A DNA stretch of 64,000 nucleotides from an uncultured Pyrinomonadaceae bacterium (GCA_964236735.1 CAXSFM010000001.1:122015-186014), one strand, 5' to 3'; shown: positions 21,601-30,899, counted from the stretch's first letter. Made by a program: numbers and translations. Notes: generated by a model from the letters alone, not told the origin.

Positions 21601-22210
21601 TGATCTCCGTGCCCATCAACATCGTGCCCTGCTGTTCAATCGTGACCTGCGTGATGACGGGCACGCGCCGTTTCGTCGCGGCAAATTCATCGAAGATGGC
21701 GGCCAGCGCGGCTTTCGTCTGCAAGATATCCTGACATGTCTCGACGATTAAAATATCCGCGCCGCCGTCGAGCAGGCCGCGCACTTGCTCGGCGTAAGAG
21801 GCTTTCATGTCGAGAAACGTGATGTGACCGAGACTCGGCAATTTCGTCGTCGGCCCCATCGAGCCGGCGACGAAGCGCGGCTTCTCTGTCGTCGAAAAAT
21901 CGACGGCGACTTTCTTCGCGAGTTGCGCCGCTTTGAAATTCAACTCGTAGGCGAGATGCGCGATGTCGTATTCGGCGAGCACGATGGAGGCCGAGCCGAA
22001 AGAGTCCGTCTCGATCACGTCGCAGCCGACTTCGAGAAAACCCGCGTGGACATTTTCGATAGCCGAAGGTTTCGTGATGAGCAGATATTCGTTGCAGCCG
22101 TCGAGTCCGCCGAAGTCGTCCGGCGTCAGATTCTGCGTCTGGATATTCGTGCCCATCGCGCCATCAAAGACGACGATGCGCTCTTTTAATGTCTTCAGAA
22201 AATCGTTCAT
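18665..22210 (-). CDS. metH: Methionine synthase (cobalamin-dependent), full multi-domain MetH
   Basis: Hcy-binding, pterin-binding, B12-binding (DVHDIGKN) and AdoMet-activation domains are all recognisable. Start set at MNDFLKTL (22210), because the upstream extension only translates the terminator hairpin. Confidence 0.95.
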   Translation of the reverse strand: MNDFLKTLKERIVVFDGAMGTNIQTQNLTPDDFGGLDGCNEYLLITKPSAIENVHAGFLEVGCDVIETDSFGSASIVLAEYDIAHLAYELNFKAAQLAKKVAVDFSTTEKPRFVAGSMGPTTKLPSLGHITFLDMKASYAEQVRGLLDGGADILIVETCQDILQTKAALAAIFDEFAATKRRVPVITQVTIEQQGTMLMGTEINAALTTLEPFAIDVVGMNCATGPQQMTENVRFLCENSKFPVSVIPNAGIPENVGGHAHYKETPESLASELLHFARDLGVSIVGGCCGTTPAHLKAVVEAVRDVTPHRREVPHVPAASSLYIQQPYQQDTSFLIVGERVNASGSKKMRDLLNAEDWDGLVSLAREQEREGAHILDVNVDFVGRDGVDDMHSLVSRLVTNVKIPLMLDSTEWQKMEAGLQHAGGKCILNSTNYEDGEERFKKVIELAKAYGASVVIGTIDEEGMARTADGKLRIAKRAYEQATGELGFTASDIFFDPLALPISTGIEEDRRNAVETIDGIRRIKAELPGCFTILGVSNISFGLNTATRVALNSVFLHDAVEAGLDAAIVNASKIVPLNRIGERERAVAHELIYDERRFEGDVCIYDPLGELTTLFEGVTTKSVKQDTSNLPVEEKLKQHVIDGEKLGLEDNLKVALESYPALDIINNILLDGMKVVGELFGSGQMQLPFVLQSAEVMKTAVRFLEPFMEKKGGATAKGTMVLATVKGDVHDIGKNLVDIILTNNGYRVINLGIKQPVENILAAFDEHGADAIGMSGLLVKSTLVMKENLAVLNERGIGVPVVLGGAALTRRYVEDDLTAIYKGTLFYARDAFDGLHVMDKLTNTANGKEMDEKVKVAAASAASSATNESVADDVEDLVGEDAKLGIRAPVARTRAATRISGDTTHTTRSDVNPDAPIPRAPFYGSRVVEDIALDDVFAFVNETALFKGQWQFKQGRSSAEDYSALVSGKVRPVYQELKERAKREQLLTPRVVYGYFPCQSEGNDLIIYEDDERTERLHFTFPRQPAGKCLCLADYFASKNSGRVDVVPFHLVTVGRRASDYAQELFKADNYADYLYFHGLSVECAEALAELWHKRIREELGIAARDAKEMTKLFHQGYQGSRFSFGYPACPNLEDQVKLFELLDPARIEVELSEEFQLVPEQSTSAIIVHHEEAKYFSID

Positions 22211-22250
22211 AAGTTGAATGCAGCCAGCGTTCAGCGATGAGCAGCGAGCC

Positions 22251-22285
22251 AAAAAAAACACCCCGCGCCAAACAACGCGGGGCTT
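22251..22285 (-). terminator. Intrinsic-terminator-like hairpin plus U8, about 40 nt upstream of the metH start on the metH strand
   Basis: Minus strand reads ccccgcg-ttgtttgg-cgcgggg then tgtttttttt. Sits inside a ~350-nt leader, so it is a candidate riboswitch/attenuator expression platform. Confidence 0.55.
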
Positions 22286-22586
22286 CATCTCGAAAGCCTG
22301 ATGATCGCGTGCCTTCTCGTGGAAGACTGCGCCGATGCTGTTTAGCGGTTTATTTTACGTGGCCGCAAGTCGCCTTAACTCACCACGTTTGCCCGTTATT
22401 GAAACATCGCGTGCCGGTCATGTCAAGAGAGGCTTTTGATATGGCGAGCCGGTCGTTTGTTTCTCTTTGAGATGAAGTGTCACGTCTTTCGCGCGTGCGT
22501 CTCGACATTGTTCTAGCATCCTTGCCTGTGCTAATTTCCAACTGTTCTTCGGCTTCAAACTTTGGATGAGGTCACCTGCCAAACAC

Positions 22587-23075
22587 ATGCGCCGCGCCAT
22601 CTATCCCGGCTCCTTCGACCCTGTCACCAACGGGCATCTCGACATCATCGAGCGCGGCTGCAAGCTCTTCGACGAAATCATCATCGCCATTCTCGTCCAC
22701 CCGGAAAAGAAACCGCTCTTCACCGTCGGCGAGCGTCAGGAGATGCTCGAAGATGTGTTGACGAAAATCAAAAGCGGCAACTGTCAACTTCACGTTGATT
22801 CGTTTCAGGGACTTTTGGTGAAGTATGCAATCGAGCGTGAAGCCGACGCCATCGTGCGTGGCATCCGCGCGATTTCCGACTACGAATACGAGTTGCAGAT
22901 GGCCTTGATGAACCGTCGTCAAGAGCCGGGCATCGAGACGGTCTTTATGATGGCGGCAGAGGCTTATTCTTACGTCAGTTCGCGCCTCGTCAAAGAGGTC
23001 TATCAACTCGGCGGCACTATCGAGGGACTCGTCCCTGCCACTGTCGAAGAGCAGATGAAACAAAAGTTTAATTAG
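22587..23075 (+). CDS. coaD: Phosphopantetheine adenylyltransferase
   Basis: [18 protein letters not shown] (HxGH nucleotidyltransferase motif), ~160 aa. Start at MRRAIYPG. Confidence 0.9.
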   Translation: MRRAIYPGSFDPVTNGHLDIIERGCKLFDEIIIAILVHPEKKPLFTVGERQEMLEDVLTKIKSGNCQLHVDSFQGLLVKYAIEREADAIVRGIRAISDYEYELQMALMNRRQEPGIETVFMMAAEAYSYVSSRLVKEVYQLGGTIEGLVPATVEEQMKQKFN

Positions 23076-23153
23076 CTTGAAATCATCCTTCGAGTGTGCG
23101 TGTTATAATTCGCTCGCGCTCACTTAATCATTCAACCGGCTTTTTCAATTTGT

Positions 23154-24389
23154 GTGAAGACAAACAACGAAACAATGTCCGTTCAACCTATCAACAGTAA
23201 AGAAGCGAAATTTCCAATCTCGGAAAACGTCTCGCGAATGCAGCCGTCCTCGACGCTCGCCGCGATGCAGGCCGCGATGGCGATGCGCGCGACAGGCGTT
23301 GACGTGTTCGACTTCGGCGCGGGTGAGCCTGACTTCGACACGCCGGAGCACATCAAGACCGCCGCCATCGAAGCCATGCGCGCCGGCCAGACGAAGTACA
23401 CGCCGACCGCCGGCACGCGCCATCTTCAACAGGCCATCATCAATTATTACGAGCGCGAGTTCGGCACGAGCTATGCGCCAAACGAAGTGATGGCGACCGC
23501 CGGCGGCAAGCAGGCGATCTTCAATGCCGTCGTCACACTGACGGGCGCGGGCGACGAGGTCTTGATTCCTAAACCGTACTGGGTAACGTTCCCCGAAATC
23601 GTCACCTTCGCGGGCGCGACGCCGGTCTTCATCGAAACGGAAGAGACAGACTTTCAACTCACCGCCGAGCAGGTCGCGCGCGCCATCACTCCGCGCACGC
23701 GGCTCATCATCATCAACTCGCCATCGAATCCTTCGGGGCGCGTCATTCCGCCCGATGAGTTTCAGAAGATCATGGAACTCGTCGTCGAGCGCGGCATCTA
23801 CGCCATCTCGGATGAATGTTACCTGCGCTTCGTCTATCCGCCAGCGGAGGTTTTCAGCGTGGCGCAACTAGCGCCGGAGATTCGCGCGCGGCTGTGCATC
23901 GCCGGTTCTTTCTCGAAGACTTACGCGATGACGGGCTGGCGCATCGGCTATTCGCTCGCGCCCGCCGCATGGACGAAGGCGATGCTCAAAGTGCAGAGCC
24001 ATTCGACGAGCAACCCGACTTCGATTTCGCAGGCGGCGGCCACAGAAGCTTTCAGCGCGTCGCAGGATTGCGTCGCCGTGATGCTTGAGGAATATCGTCA
24101 ACGGCGCGACTGGATCGTCAAAGCTCTCGGCGACATTCCCGGCCTCAAATGCATCGAGCCGGAGGGCGCGTTCTATGCTTTCCCGGACGTGCGCGGGTGT
24201 CTCAACGGTGAAGTGAAAACTTCCGGCCAGTTCGCCGACAAACTTTTGCATGAAGCTCAGACGGTCGTGACGGACGGCGCGGGCTTCGGAGCCGAAGGCT
24301 TCGTGCGGGTTTCCTACGCCACCTCGCTCGACCGCATCGAAGAAGGCGTGCGACGCATCCGTCGCGTCGCCGAACAACTCGCGCGATAA
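23154..24389 (+). CDS. Aspartate/aromatic aminotransferase (class I PLP-dependent)
   Basis: GEPDFDTP motif, SFSKTYAMTGWRIGY (PLP-Lys region) and overall AspAT architecture. The start may be the downstream Met (MSVQP). Confidence 0.85.
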   Translation: MKTNNETMSVQPINSKEAKFPISENVSRMQPSSTLAAMQAAMAMRATGVDVFDFGAGEPDFDTPEHIKTAAIEAMRAGQTKYTPTAGTRHLQQAIINYYEREFGTSYAPNEVMATAGGKQAIFNAVVTLTGAGDEVLIPKPYWVTFPEIVTFAGATPVFIETEETDFQLTAEQVARAITPRTRLIIINSPSNPSGRVIPPDEFQKIMELVVERGIYAISDECYLRFVYPPAEVFSVAQLAPEIRARLCIAGSFSKTYAMTGWRIGYSLAPAAWTKAMLKVQSHSTSNPTSISQAAATEAFSASQDCVAVMLEEYRQRRDWIVKALGDIPGLKCIEPEGAFYAFPDVRGCLNGEVKTSGQFADKLLHEAQTVVTDGAGFGAEGFVRVSYATSLDRIEEGVRRIRRVAEQLAR

Positions 24390-24430
24390 GATTGACCGCT
24401 CACGACATTGATTCGCGTGTGCCATCTCAA

Positions 24431-24472
24431 ATCAAAGAGGCTGCCCAGATGGAACGGGCAGCCTCTTTGATT
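24431..24472. terminator. Bidirectional intrinsic terminator between convergent genes
   Basis: aaagaggctgccc-agatggaac-gggcagcctcttt with flanking T/A runs, lying between the aminotransferase (+) and the TonB-C protein (-). Confidence 0.6.
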
Positions 24473-24494
24473 TAATTAATCAGCTTTCGCGCTT

Positions 24495-25934
24495 TCAGTA
24501 AATATTGAAATTGTATTCGAGCGCGATGTATTGCGAGACGTTGCGCCCGTCCTTCTGCGCGGGCTGGAACTTGATACTCTTCGCCGCCGTGATGGCGCGC
24601 TCCGTCAATCCGTCCGGCAAGCCCTGTATGACGCTGATGCTCGTCACCGTTCCCGTCGCGCTCAACACGACGCGCAGCCTGACGAGGCCGGTGACGCCGT
24701 TCTTGCGCGCCTCTTCGGTGAAGCCCGGCTCCGGCCTCGACGTGATGACAGCCTTGCGCGTCACTTCATCTCGCCTGAAAACGCGATGATAGTCTTCCGG
24801 TGCGCTGCCACCCGGCCCGCCGGGGCCGCCCGTTCCGTATTGTGGGTCGCCACCACCTGTGTTCTCGCCGCGACCGTGGCCGTAGCCTTTGCCCTGCCCT
24901 GCCCCCTGCCCGCTCCCGTCGCCTGTGCCCTGACCGCCGCCCGTCCCCGAACCATCCGAAGGAATTTGCGAAAGCGATTTCGGGTCGCCGAAGGGAATCT
25001 GTCGCGGGTCTTCCGGCAACAGCAACGGATCGCCCTTGAGCGTCGGCATGACCGCGAGCGCAGGATTCTTGACCGTCGGCTGTCGCACGTTCGGCGCGAT
25101 GAGTTGATCGCTCATGCTGCCGGGCGCGATCTTGCCCTTTGAGGTCGGCAGCGAGTTGAGATTGCCGCCGCCACCGCCGCCTCCCGGTCTTTCATGGTTT
25201 TGCATCGAGCCGCCGCCCTTGCCATGACTCAGCCCGGCTGCGCCCGTCTCCGGCGTCGCTTGTTCTTTCGGGATGATGTTGCCGTTCACCCACTCGACGA
25301 CTTCCAAATCGTTTCGCTTTGTGTCGGCGTAAAACTGCTCGCAACGCCCGCCGAAATGAGACATGAACAGGCAACGATTGGCGACGGCCATCCAGACGCT
25401 GCCGATAAAAAGCAGCAGGCACATCGGGACGAGCAGCGCGGGCGCGGTATGCTCGCGCGCGAGAAAGCTTGCCCCAAGTTGGCCGTAGCCGGCGAACATG
25501 CGCCCCGTGAATCCGAACGGGTCGCGCTTAAATTCAGGCCACGTCAATTCCGATGAGCGCGCCACCGATGTGAGTTCGACGACGAGTCGCCGCAGCAGTC
25601 CTGTGTCTTCGAGAATGGTCAGACTGTAATCACGACGCGCGACAAAAACGGCGGCGTGCGCCGTCTCTTGCCAGAGGTTTAGTTGAATCTCTTGTGCCAT
25701 ACGTTTCGACAACCTTTCTTCATAACCCGTCCAGAAATTTTCCGCAGGGGAGACCGCTTCAATCGCATGGTCGAAAACTCTCAACGTCTGTGACAGCGAA
25801 CGATACTGGCTGAGACAAGCAGGACACTGTGACGCCTCCGCGAGCAGATGCCGCCCGCGCTCCGCGTCAAGCTCATCGAAGAGCATGTCAACCAACTTTT
25901 CCTGCGTCTCTAAGCAAACGTGCATCTTTATCAC
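24495..25934 (-). CDS. Anti-sigma factor (zf-HC2-like N-terminus, single TM, Gly-rich linker) fused to a TonB C-terminal domain
   Basis: N-terminal H-x3-C...CPAC zinc-finger pattern, one hydrophobic helix (ALLVPMCLLLFIGSVWMAV), a long G-rich linker, and a C-terminus (VTGLVRLRVVLSATGTV...QYIALEYNFNIY) matching the TonB_C fold pattern. Immediately downstream of an ECF sigma gene. Confidence 0.65.
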   Translation of the reverse strand: MIKMHVCLETQEKLVDMLFDELDAERGRHLLAEASQCPACLSQYRSLSQTLRVFDHAIEAVSPAENFWTGYEERLSKRMAQEIQLNLWQETAHAAVFVARRDYSLTILEDTGLLRRLVVELTSVARSSELTWPEFKRDPFGFTGRMFAGYGQLGASFLAREHTAPALLVPMCLLLFIGSVWMAVANRCLFMSHFGGRCEQFYADTKRNDLEVVEWVNGNIIPKEQATPETGAAGLSHGKGGGSMQNHERPGGGGGGGNLNSLPTSKGKIAPGSMSDQLIAPNVRQPTVKNPALAVMPTLKGDPLLLPEDPRQIPFGDPKSLSQIPSDGSGTGGGQGTGDGSGQGAGQGKGYGHGRGENTGGGDPQYGTGGPGGPGGSAPEDYHRVFRRDEVTRKAVITSRPEPGFTEEARKNGVTGLVRLRVVLSATGTVTSISVIQGLPDGLTERAITAAKSIKFQPAQKDGRNVSQYIALEYNFNIY

Positions 25935-25941
25935 TCCGGCA

Positions 25942-26574
25942 TCAACGACTCTCTAAAACAATCAACGCCCCGTCTTCCGACTCTTCGGCGACGACGCCCA
26001 ACGTTGCGCGCAACTTCAGCACCGCGCGGAACAGAGACTTCTTGACGCTGCCCGTCGAGCAACCGAGCGATTCGGAAATCTCCTGATACGTCATGCCCTC
26101 TTCATGCTTCAGCAAAAACATCAGACGCTGCTGCGGAGTCAACCCGGACAACGCGCCCATCACACGCCCCGCGAGTATCTTCCGTTGAAAGATGTCCTCC
26201 GTCTCCGCCAACTGTGAGCCGTGCGAGCGCATAGGCATCGCATCAACTTCGTCGAGATTCTCGAACCTGATGGGCGCACGCACATTTCCCTGCGACAACG
26301 TTTCCGCGCGACGGTCGTTGAGGAAAGTGTGAATCGTGATGCGTCGCAGCCATGTGTAGAAACTCGCTTCCGCGCGAAAGCCGCCGAGCGCTTTGAAGGC
26401 TTTCAGCCAGACATCCTGCGACAAATCTTCCGCGTCGTGCCGGTCGCGGCAATAGTGCAGCGCGAGCGTGTAGATGCGCCGCTCGTAATGTCTTGCGAGT
26501 TGGCAGAACGCCTCGGCGTCGCCCTCTTGCGCGCGCCTGATGAGATCGTCTTCGCCCGTAATGACCATGAACAT
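25942..26574 (-). CDS. RNA polymerase ECF-type sigma-70 factor
   Basis: Region 2 (DLSQDVWLKAF, YTWLRRI) and region 4 (TYQEISESLGCSTGSVKKSLFRA) motifs, ~200 aa. Confidence 0.85.
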   Translation of the reverse strand: MFMVITGEDDLIRRAQEGDAEAFCQLARHYERRIYTLALHYCRDRHDAEDLSQDVWLKAFKALGGFRAEASFYTWLRRITIHTFLNDRRAETLSQGNVRAPIRFENLDEVDAMPMRSHGSQLAETEDIFQRKILAGRVMGALSGLTPQQRLMFLLKHEEGMTYQEISESLGCSTGSVKKSLFRAVLKLRATLGVVAEESEDGALIVLESR

Positions 26575-26589
26575 CCCTTCGCGTCAGGT

Positions 26590-26627
26590 TGTCTCTATAG
26601 ACACCTGCTGCGCGAATTTGGTTGGCG
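26590..26627. promoter_or_regulatory. 9-bp-arm palindrome about 20-60 bp upstream of the ECF sigma start codon
   Basis: gacacctgc ... gcaggtgtc separated by ~20 nt. Possible regulator binding site. No confident -35/-10 assignment. Confidence 0.25.
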
Positions 26628-26707
26628 TGCAGGTGTCAAATGATTTTCAAGGCGTGCTGTGCAGAAAAATTGTGAGGCTATTTTGAAGTTTGTGCGGACG
26701 CAAAAGA

Positions 26708-26746
26708 GAAGCGTGCTGACGCTTTATCACAAACGTCAGCACGCTT
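26708..26746. terminator. Hairpin terminator downstream of the exported-protein gene, separating it from the sigma/anti-sigma unit
   Basis: gaagcgtgctgacg-ctttatcacaaa-cgtcagcacgcttttc with T-rich runs on both sides. Confidence 0.5.
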
Positions 26747-26773
26747 TTCTTCAACTTTGCTATCTGTCGAGCT

Positions 26774-28462
26774 TTACTCTGCGCCGGCTTCCGTCTTCTT
26801 CTCTCCAAGCTTCGACGTAATCGCCGTCAACAATCTTGGGAACGTGCCGAGCGGCGTGTGGCTCTCGACATAGAAACCGTCCGCTCGCGAGACGCCATAG
26901 GCGAAACTCGGTGGCAACGCCGCGCCCTGTCCCGAAGTCTTAAACTCGCTGCCCTCGCTCGTCAGCATCCTTCCCAGATGGTTCAGATAGTCGGCGTTCG
27001 AGTTGAAGTAGATGAACTGCGGCGCGCCCTGTAGCGACGCGCTCGCCGCAACATAAGCGCCGTTGGCCGAGAGTGCGCGGCCACCATCCTGCGACGTGTC
27101 AATGACACGCTCGACGATGTTCGCCTCGCCGCTCGCGATGAAGTTGCCGCCGAGATAAGCGTAGTTGAGCGCGTGCCCGTTCTCGCCCGTCATCTGCCGC
27201 ACCGTCACGCCTTTGTAATCGCGTGTGGTGACAGTTCGCTTTTTGGCCTGCGCCAATTTTTCAAGCGACTGCTCGAATCTCCCCTCGTCTTTCAAATTGA
27301 GAATGAAGACGCCGCGCCGCTCTTCGCCTGCGGGAAGTTGCGCGAGACACAATTCCGTGCCGAGCGAGTTGACGATGTCGTCGCGCAGATTGATGTTCGT
27401 CTTGCTCGAAACTTCGTTGAGCAAATCGTCAAAACTTTTCTTCCCCGTCTGCTCCGCGATGCCGTTGACGAGCGACGCCACTTGCTCAAACGTCTGCGGC
27501 GCATTGACGATGGAGATGTCGAAGACCTGCAAGGCATCTTCCGGCACGAGCGCGACGAGCGTCTGCTTCGTCGGCGCATTATCTCCAAGCGTGCGAATGA
27601 GTCCCGCAGACTTTTCAGGTGCGACGACGACAAAATGCTCGACGACGCGCCCGTTCACGAAGTTGCTCGTGAAGGCGACCGACTGCACGTCGCCCGCTCC
27701 GCTGTCGTGAAAAAATTGACGGAACGCCGCGATGCCCGCCTCCGTGCGCCCCGGCGTGCTATCAACGAGACGTGTCAGCGCGGCTCCATCGAGAAAGCCG
27801 AAGATGCCATCGTCTGCTCCGGCAGTAGCTCTGGCTTTGGCTAAAACTTCATTCGATTCAAGTGACTTCGTCTTGCCCGCGCGCACGTCGAGCAACTTTT
27901 TCACAGCCTCGCCCGTGTTCGACAGAAAGAGCGTCGTGCCCGCCTGCGCGTAAGTGAAGCCGTGCCCGTTCGCATCCGCAATCACGTTGATGGTCGCGTC
28001 ACCGAACTTCTCCGTCTTCGTCGTCGTGCCTTTATCCTTCGACTCGCGCACGAGCCGCAAAGCGCGATTCTCAAAAGTGCGTTGCGCGCTTCGCCCGTTG
28101 AACTCGGCGATGAGCGCGAACTGCGGCTGCGGCTTGCCTTCGGCGTTCGTGCCCGTGCCGATGAGCGCCAGCGCGTAACTTGCGTCGAGCGCGCCCGCGT
28201 GATTCGCGCCCATCATAAACAGCGAACTTGCCGCTTGATTCTCTTTCGTGAACGCGCGCCACGCTTCCGAGTCTATGACCTTCAGAGCCTGCGCGCGCAG
28301 ATTATTGACTTGCACGAAACCGATGGTCTCGGCGGGCAACTCGCGCTCAAAGCGCACCCCTTCTGCCGCCGACGGCCTCGCCAGCATCCAGCCCGTGAGC
28401 ACGAGCGCCAACACAACCACGCCCATTCCGATGAGGAACGATCTGCTTTTTAATTTCAACAC
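26774..28462 (-). CDS. Hypothetical exported / membrane-anchored protein (possibly DUF3352-like; family assignment uncertain)
   Basis: N-terminal TM/signal anchor (FLIGMGVVVLALVLTGWML) and a 562-aa soluble domain. An N-terminal paralog begins at 63502. Confidence 0.45.
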   Translation of the reverse strand: MLKLKSRSFLIGMGVVVLALVLTGWMLARPSAAEGVRFERELPAETIGFVQVNNLRAQALKVIDSEAWRAFTKENQAASSLFMMGANHAGALDASYALALIGTGTNAEGKPQPQFALIAEFNGRSAQRTFENRALRLVRESKDKGTTTKTEKFGDATINVIADANGHGFTYAQAGTTLFLSNTGEAVKKLLDVRAGKTKSLESNEVLAKARATAGADDGIFGFLDGAALTRLVDSTPGRTEAGIAAFRQFFHDSGAGDVQSVAFTSNFVNGRVVEHFVVVAPEKSAGLIRTLGDNAPTKQTLVALVPEDALQVFDISIVNAPQTFEQVASLVNGIAEQTGKKSFDDLLNEVSSKTNINLRDDIVNSLGTELCLAQLPAGEERRGVFILNLKDEGRFEQSLEKLAQAKKRTVTTRDYKGVTVRQMTGENGHALNYAYLGGNFIASGEANIVERVIDTSQDGGRALSANGAYVAASASLQGAPQFIYFNSNADYLNHLGRMLTSEGSEFKTSGQGAALPPSFAYGVSRADGFYVESHTPLGTFPRLLTAITSKLGEKKTEAGAE

Positions 28463-28532
28463 AACTAACCTCCATTTACTTCAAACCGAAACGTACTTTC
28501 AATTCATGCGCGCCGCTCTCTAAGAAGCTGAG

Positions 28533-29339
28533 TCACCTCATTTCCTTGCGCGCGAACACATATTGCGAGGCGAAGTAGAAACTCGCCGACACCAGCAACA
28601 TAATGATGATCGGCACAGGATCAAGCTGGCTGTAGAACTCAAGCTTGACGCCGTCACCGTTCGGATTTCTCGTCGCCTGACTAATCACCCAGTCAAAGAG
28701 CATCCCGCCGAAGAAATAAAACATTGCGACGAGCGAGATCGCGCCGCCGATCACTGCGATCCACCATTTCTCGAACAACACGGAAAAAAGAAACGTCGCC
28801 GAATAAACCATCAGCGCGATAATCATCGTCCACACCGTCCCGCGCACGCCGTTCGAGATGACATTGAGGAAAGCATCACGCGAGCCTGCCAGCGTCACGT
28901 TGGTCGCCGCCGCCGCCATCGCCACATAGACGATTGCCACCGTGCTCAACACCGACAGGCCGACACACGTCATCGTCTGCACTGCGCCGACGACGAACTT
29001 CGTCAACAATACGTGCCAGCGTTTGAGCGGGCGTTCAAAAAGAAAAAAGATGCTCTGGTTATCAAGCTCCGCACCGACCGAGCCGACCGCGAAGAAAGCG
29101 AGCAGGAAGAGTCCCGCCGTGATTAAAAATCCAGACTGCATGACGAGCGCGACTTCCAACACTTGACCCGCCACCGCATCGCTCAACGCCAGCAAATCGA
29201 ATCGCGCGCTCTCGCGAAAGCTGACGACGAAGCCCGCGACGAGCAGCGGCAGATGAAATCCGACGGCGAACGCCGCCCACTTCCACCGCGTCTCGCGCCA
29301 TTCCTTCCAGAGCAGAGCCTTCAACATTTCCTTGTTCAC
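28533..29339 (-). CDS. ABC-transporter-associated polytopic membrane protein (ABC-2-type permease-like)
   Basis: Six predicted hydrophobic segments. 4-nt overlap with the upstream ABC ATPase gene. Confidence 0.5.
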   Translation of the reverse strand: MNKEMLKALLWKEWRETRWKWAAFAVGFHLPLLVAGFVVSFRESARFDLLALSDAVAGQVLEVALVMQSGFLITAGLFLLAFFAVGSVGAELDNQSIFFLFERPLKRWHVLLTKFVVGAVQTMTCVGLSVLSTVAIVYVAMAAAATNVTLAGSRDAFLNVISNGVRGTVWTMIIALMVYSATFLFSVLFEKWWIAVIGGAISLVAMFYFFGGMLFDWVISQATRNPNGDGVKLEFYSQLDPVPIIIMLLVSASFYFASQYVFARKEMR

Positions 29340-30265
29340 AAACTCACACTCCTCTCGCGCTCGCCGCGCACGATGTCCACGAAAATTTCTTCCAGAGACA
29401 TCGGCACGATTTCCGGGTCGGCGATGCCACGCTTATTGAGCGCGCAGATCATTTCGTCGCCCCAATCCTGCACCGTGAGAAGCTGCTCGTGCCGCCCGTT
29501 CTCGACGCCCAGCACGCCGGCGATGCCCGACAAATCCGGCCTCGTCCCATTGGTCGCGTAGCGGATGCGCTTGTGCGACGCTTTCAACTCGTCAACCGAT
29601 GAAGTGAGCAACAGGTTGCCGTCGTTGATGATGCCGACGGCGTCCGCCACGCGCTCGACTTCTTCGACGATGTGCGATGAAAAGAGCACGGTCTTCCCTT
29701 CCTGCCCTATTTCCGCCACGATGTTTTCGATGAAGTCGCGCCGCACAATCGGGTCAAGGCCGGAAGTCGGCTCGTCGAGAATTATCAACTCAGGGTTGAA
29801 CGAAAGCGCGAGCAACAGGCACAGCCGCGCGCGATTGCCGCGCGACAATTGCCGCACGCGCTTGCCCGGCGGCAGGCAAAATCTTTTCAGTAAAGCCGTC
29901 GCCTTCGCATCGTCCCACGTCGCATGAAACGCTCTCGTGAACTTGATGCTCTCGGCCACCGTCATCCATTCATAGAGATAACGATTCTCGGAGACGTATG
30001 CGACGCGGCGACGTATCTCGATGAGGTCAGCGCCGAGCGTGCGTCCAAGCACGCTCGCGTGCCCGGCGGTCGGTCGCAGATGGCCGACGAGCATTTTGAT
30101 GATCGTTGACTTGCCCGCGCCATTGACGCCGAGCAAGCCGAAGACCGTCCCGCGCAGCACTTTCAAGTTGACGTTTCGCACGGCCTCGAACGCGCCGAAG
30201 TTGCGCGACAGATTTTCCGTCTCGATGGCATAATCGCCCTGATATAAATCGTCTTGCACGTTCAT
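29336..30265 (-). CDS. ABC transporter ATP-binding protein
   Basis: Walker A GVNGAGKST, signature LSRGNRARL, Walker B LIILDEPTSGLD. Confidence 0.85.
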   Translation of the reverse strand: MNVQDDLYQGDYAIETENLSRNFGAFEAVRNVNLKVLRGTVFGLLGVNGAGKSTIIKMLVGHLRPTAGHASVLGRTLGADLIEIRRRVAYVSENRYLYEWMTVAESIKFTRAFHATWDDAKATALLKRFCLPPGKRVRQLSRGNRARLCLLLALSFNPELIILDEPTSGLDPIVRRDFIENIVAEIGQEGKTVLFSSHIVEEVERVADAVGIINDGNLLLTSSVDELKASHKRIRYATNGTRPDLSGIAGVLGVENGRHEQLLTVQDWGDEMICALNKRGIADPEIVPMSLEEIFVDIVRGERERSVSL

Positions 30266-30295
30266 AAAAATATTTCCATCTGAACTTCTTTCTCA

Positions 30296-30703
30296 TCATT
30301 TACCGACAACTTCCGCCTGCCGCGCCGTCAACATTTTTTCCAGCACGCGGTTAAAAATATCGCGCAACTCTCGTTCGTCGAGTCCGAGATTGAAGCCCTC
30401 CACGAGCGACTTTTCCAGATGCTCGCTCAGTAACTTGCGCCGCTCATTCTTCGACATCTCAACGCCCTGACTTGAAACGAATGTGCCGTGCCCCTGCCGC
30501 TTGTAAATGATGCCTTCGTATTCAAGTTCGAGATACGCGCGCGCCACCGTGTTCGGGTTGACCGTCAAATCAAGCGCGAGTTGCCGCACCGAAGGCAAAG
30601 AATCCTCCGGCAACAAACGTCCCAACGCGATGCCGGTCTTAATCTGGCTGATGATCTGCATGTAGATCGGCACTCCGCTCGCCGGATTGATCTGTATGAA
30701 CAC
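30296..30703 (-). CDS. GntR family transcriptional regulator, YtrA subfamily (short C-terminal domain)
   Basis: LPSVRQLALDLTVNPNTVARAYLELEYEGII wHTH, 135 aa. Followed by ABC ATPase and permease genes, as in ytr-type operons. Confidence 0.8.
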   Translation of the reverse strand: MFIQINPASGVPIYMQIISQIKTGIALGRLLPEDSLPSVRQLALDLTVNPNTVARAYLELEYEGIIYKRQGHGTFVSSQGVEMSKNERRKLLSEHLEKSLVEGFNLGLDERELRDIFNRVLEKMLTARQAEVVGK

Positions 30704-30721
30704 TGTATCCCCCGCCCCGCA

Positions 30722-30745
30722 ACTGTATTAACTGACTGATACAGT
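30722..30745. promoter_or_regulatory. Candidate GntR operator: ACTGTAT-N10-ATACAGT perfect palindrome 19 bp upstream of the regulator start
   Basis: actgtattaactgactgatacagt, read directly from the sequence. Confidence 0.5.
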
Positions 30746-30763
30746 AAAGACCATTACGCGCCC

Positions 30764-30806
30764 TGTCAAATAAAAGTTTCGGGCGTCTGAAAAATTTTAT
30801 TTGACA
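30764..30806. promoter_or_regulatory. 12-bp-arm palindrome carrying TTGACA hexamers on both strands (candidate -35 / second operator)
   Basis: tgtcaaataaaa-N19-ttttatttgaca. The minus-strand TTGACA sits 17 nt from TACTGT, which lies inside the 30722-30745 palindrome. Confidence 0.4.
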
Positions 30807-30899
30807 ACGCGAGAAGGCCGCACGAGACGGCGAAGTTTCGTTCGCGCTCGTGCGGCCTCGTTTGCTTTTAGGTTCTGAAACGCTCGAATCGGCGACGGT

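Noticed and set aside
20441-21751. 436-aa plus-strand ORF and other long ORFs opposite metH
   Set aside because: They lie entirely inside metH on the opposite strand. metH has complete multi-domain homology; these are Arg/Asp-rich artefacts.
22211-22560. Assigning a specific riboswitch class (SAM-I, SAM-II, cobalamin) to the metH leader
   Set aside because: I could not find the S-box core, a B12 box (GCCACTG-like) or a SAM-II pseudoknot signature by eye. Only the terminator and a possible promoter are reported.
22418-22600. 60-aa minus-strand ORF upstream of metH
   Set aside because: It overlaps the coaD start on the opposite strand and lies in the metH leader. No RBS or motif, so probably not coding. 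It would matter only as an alternative explanation for the 22251-22285 terminator.
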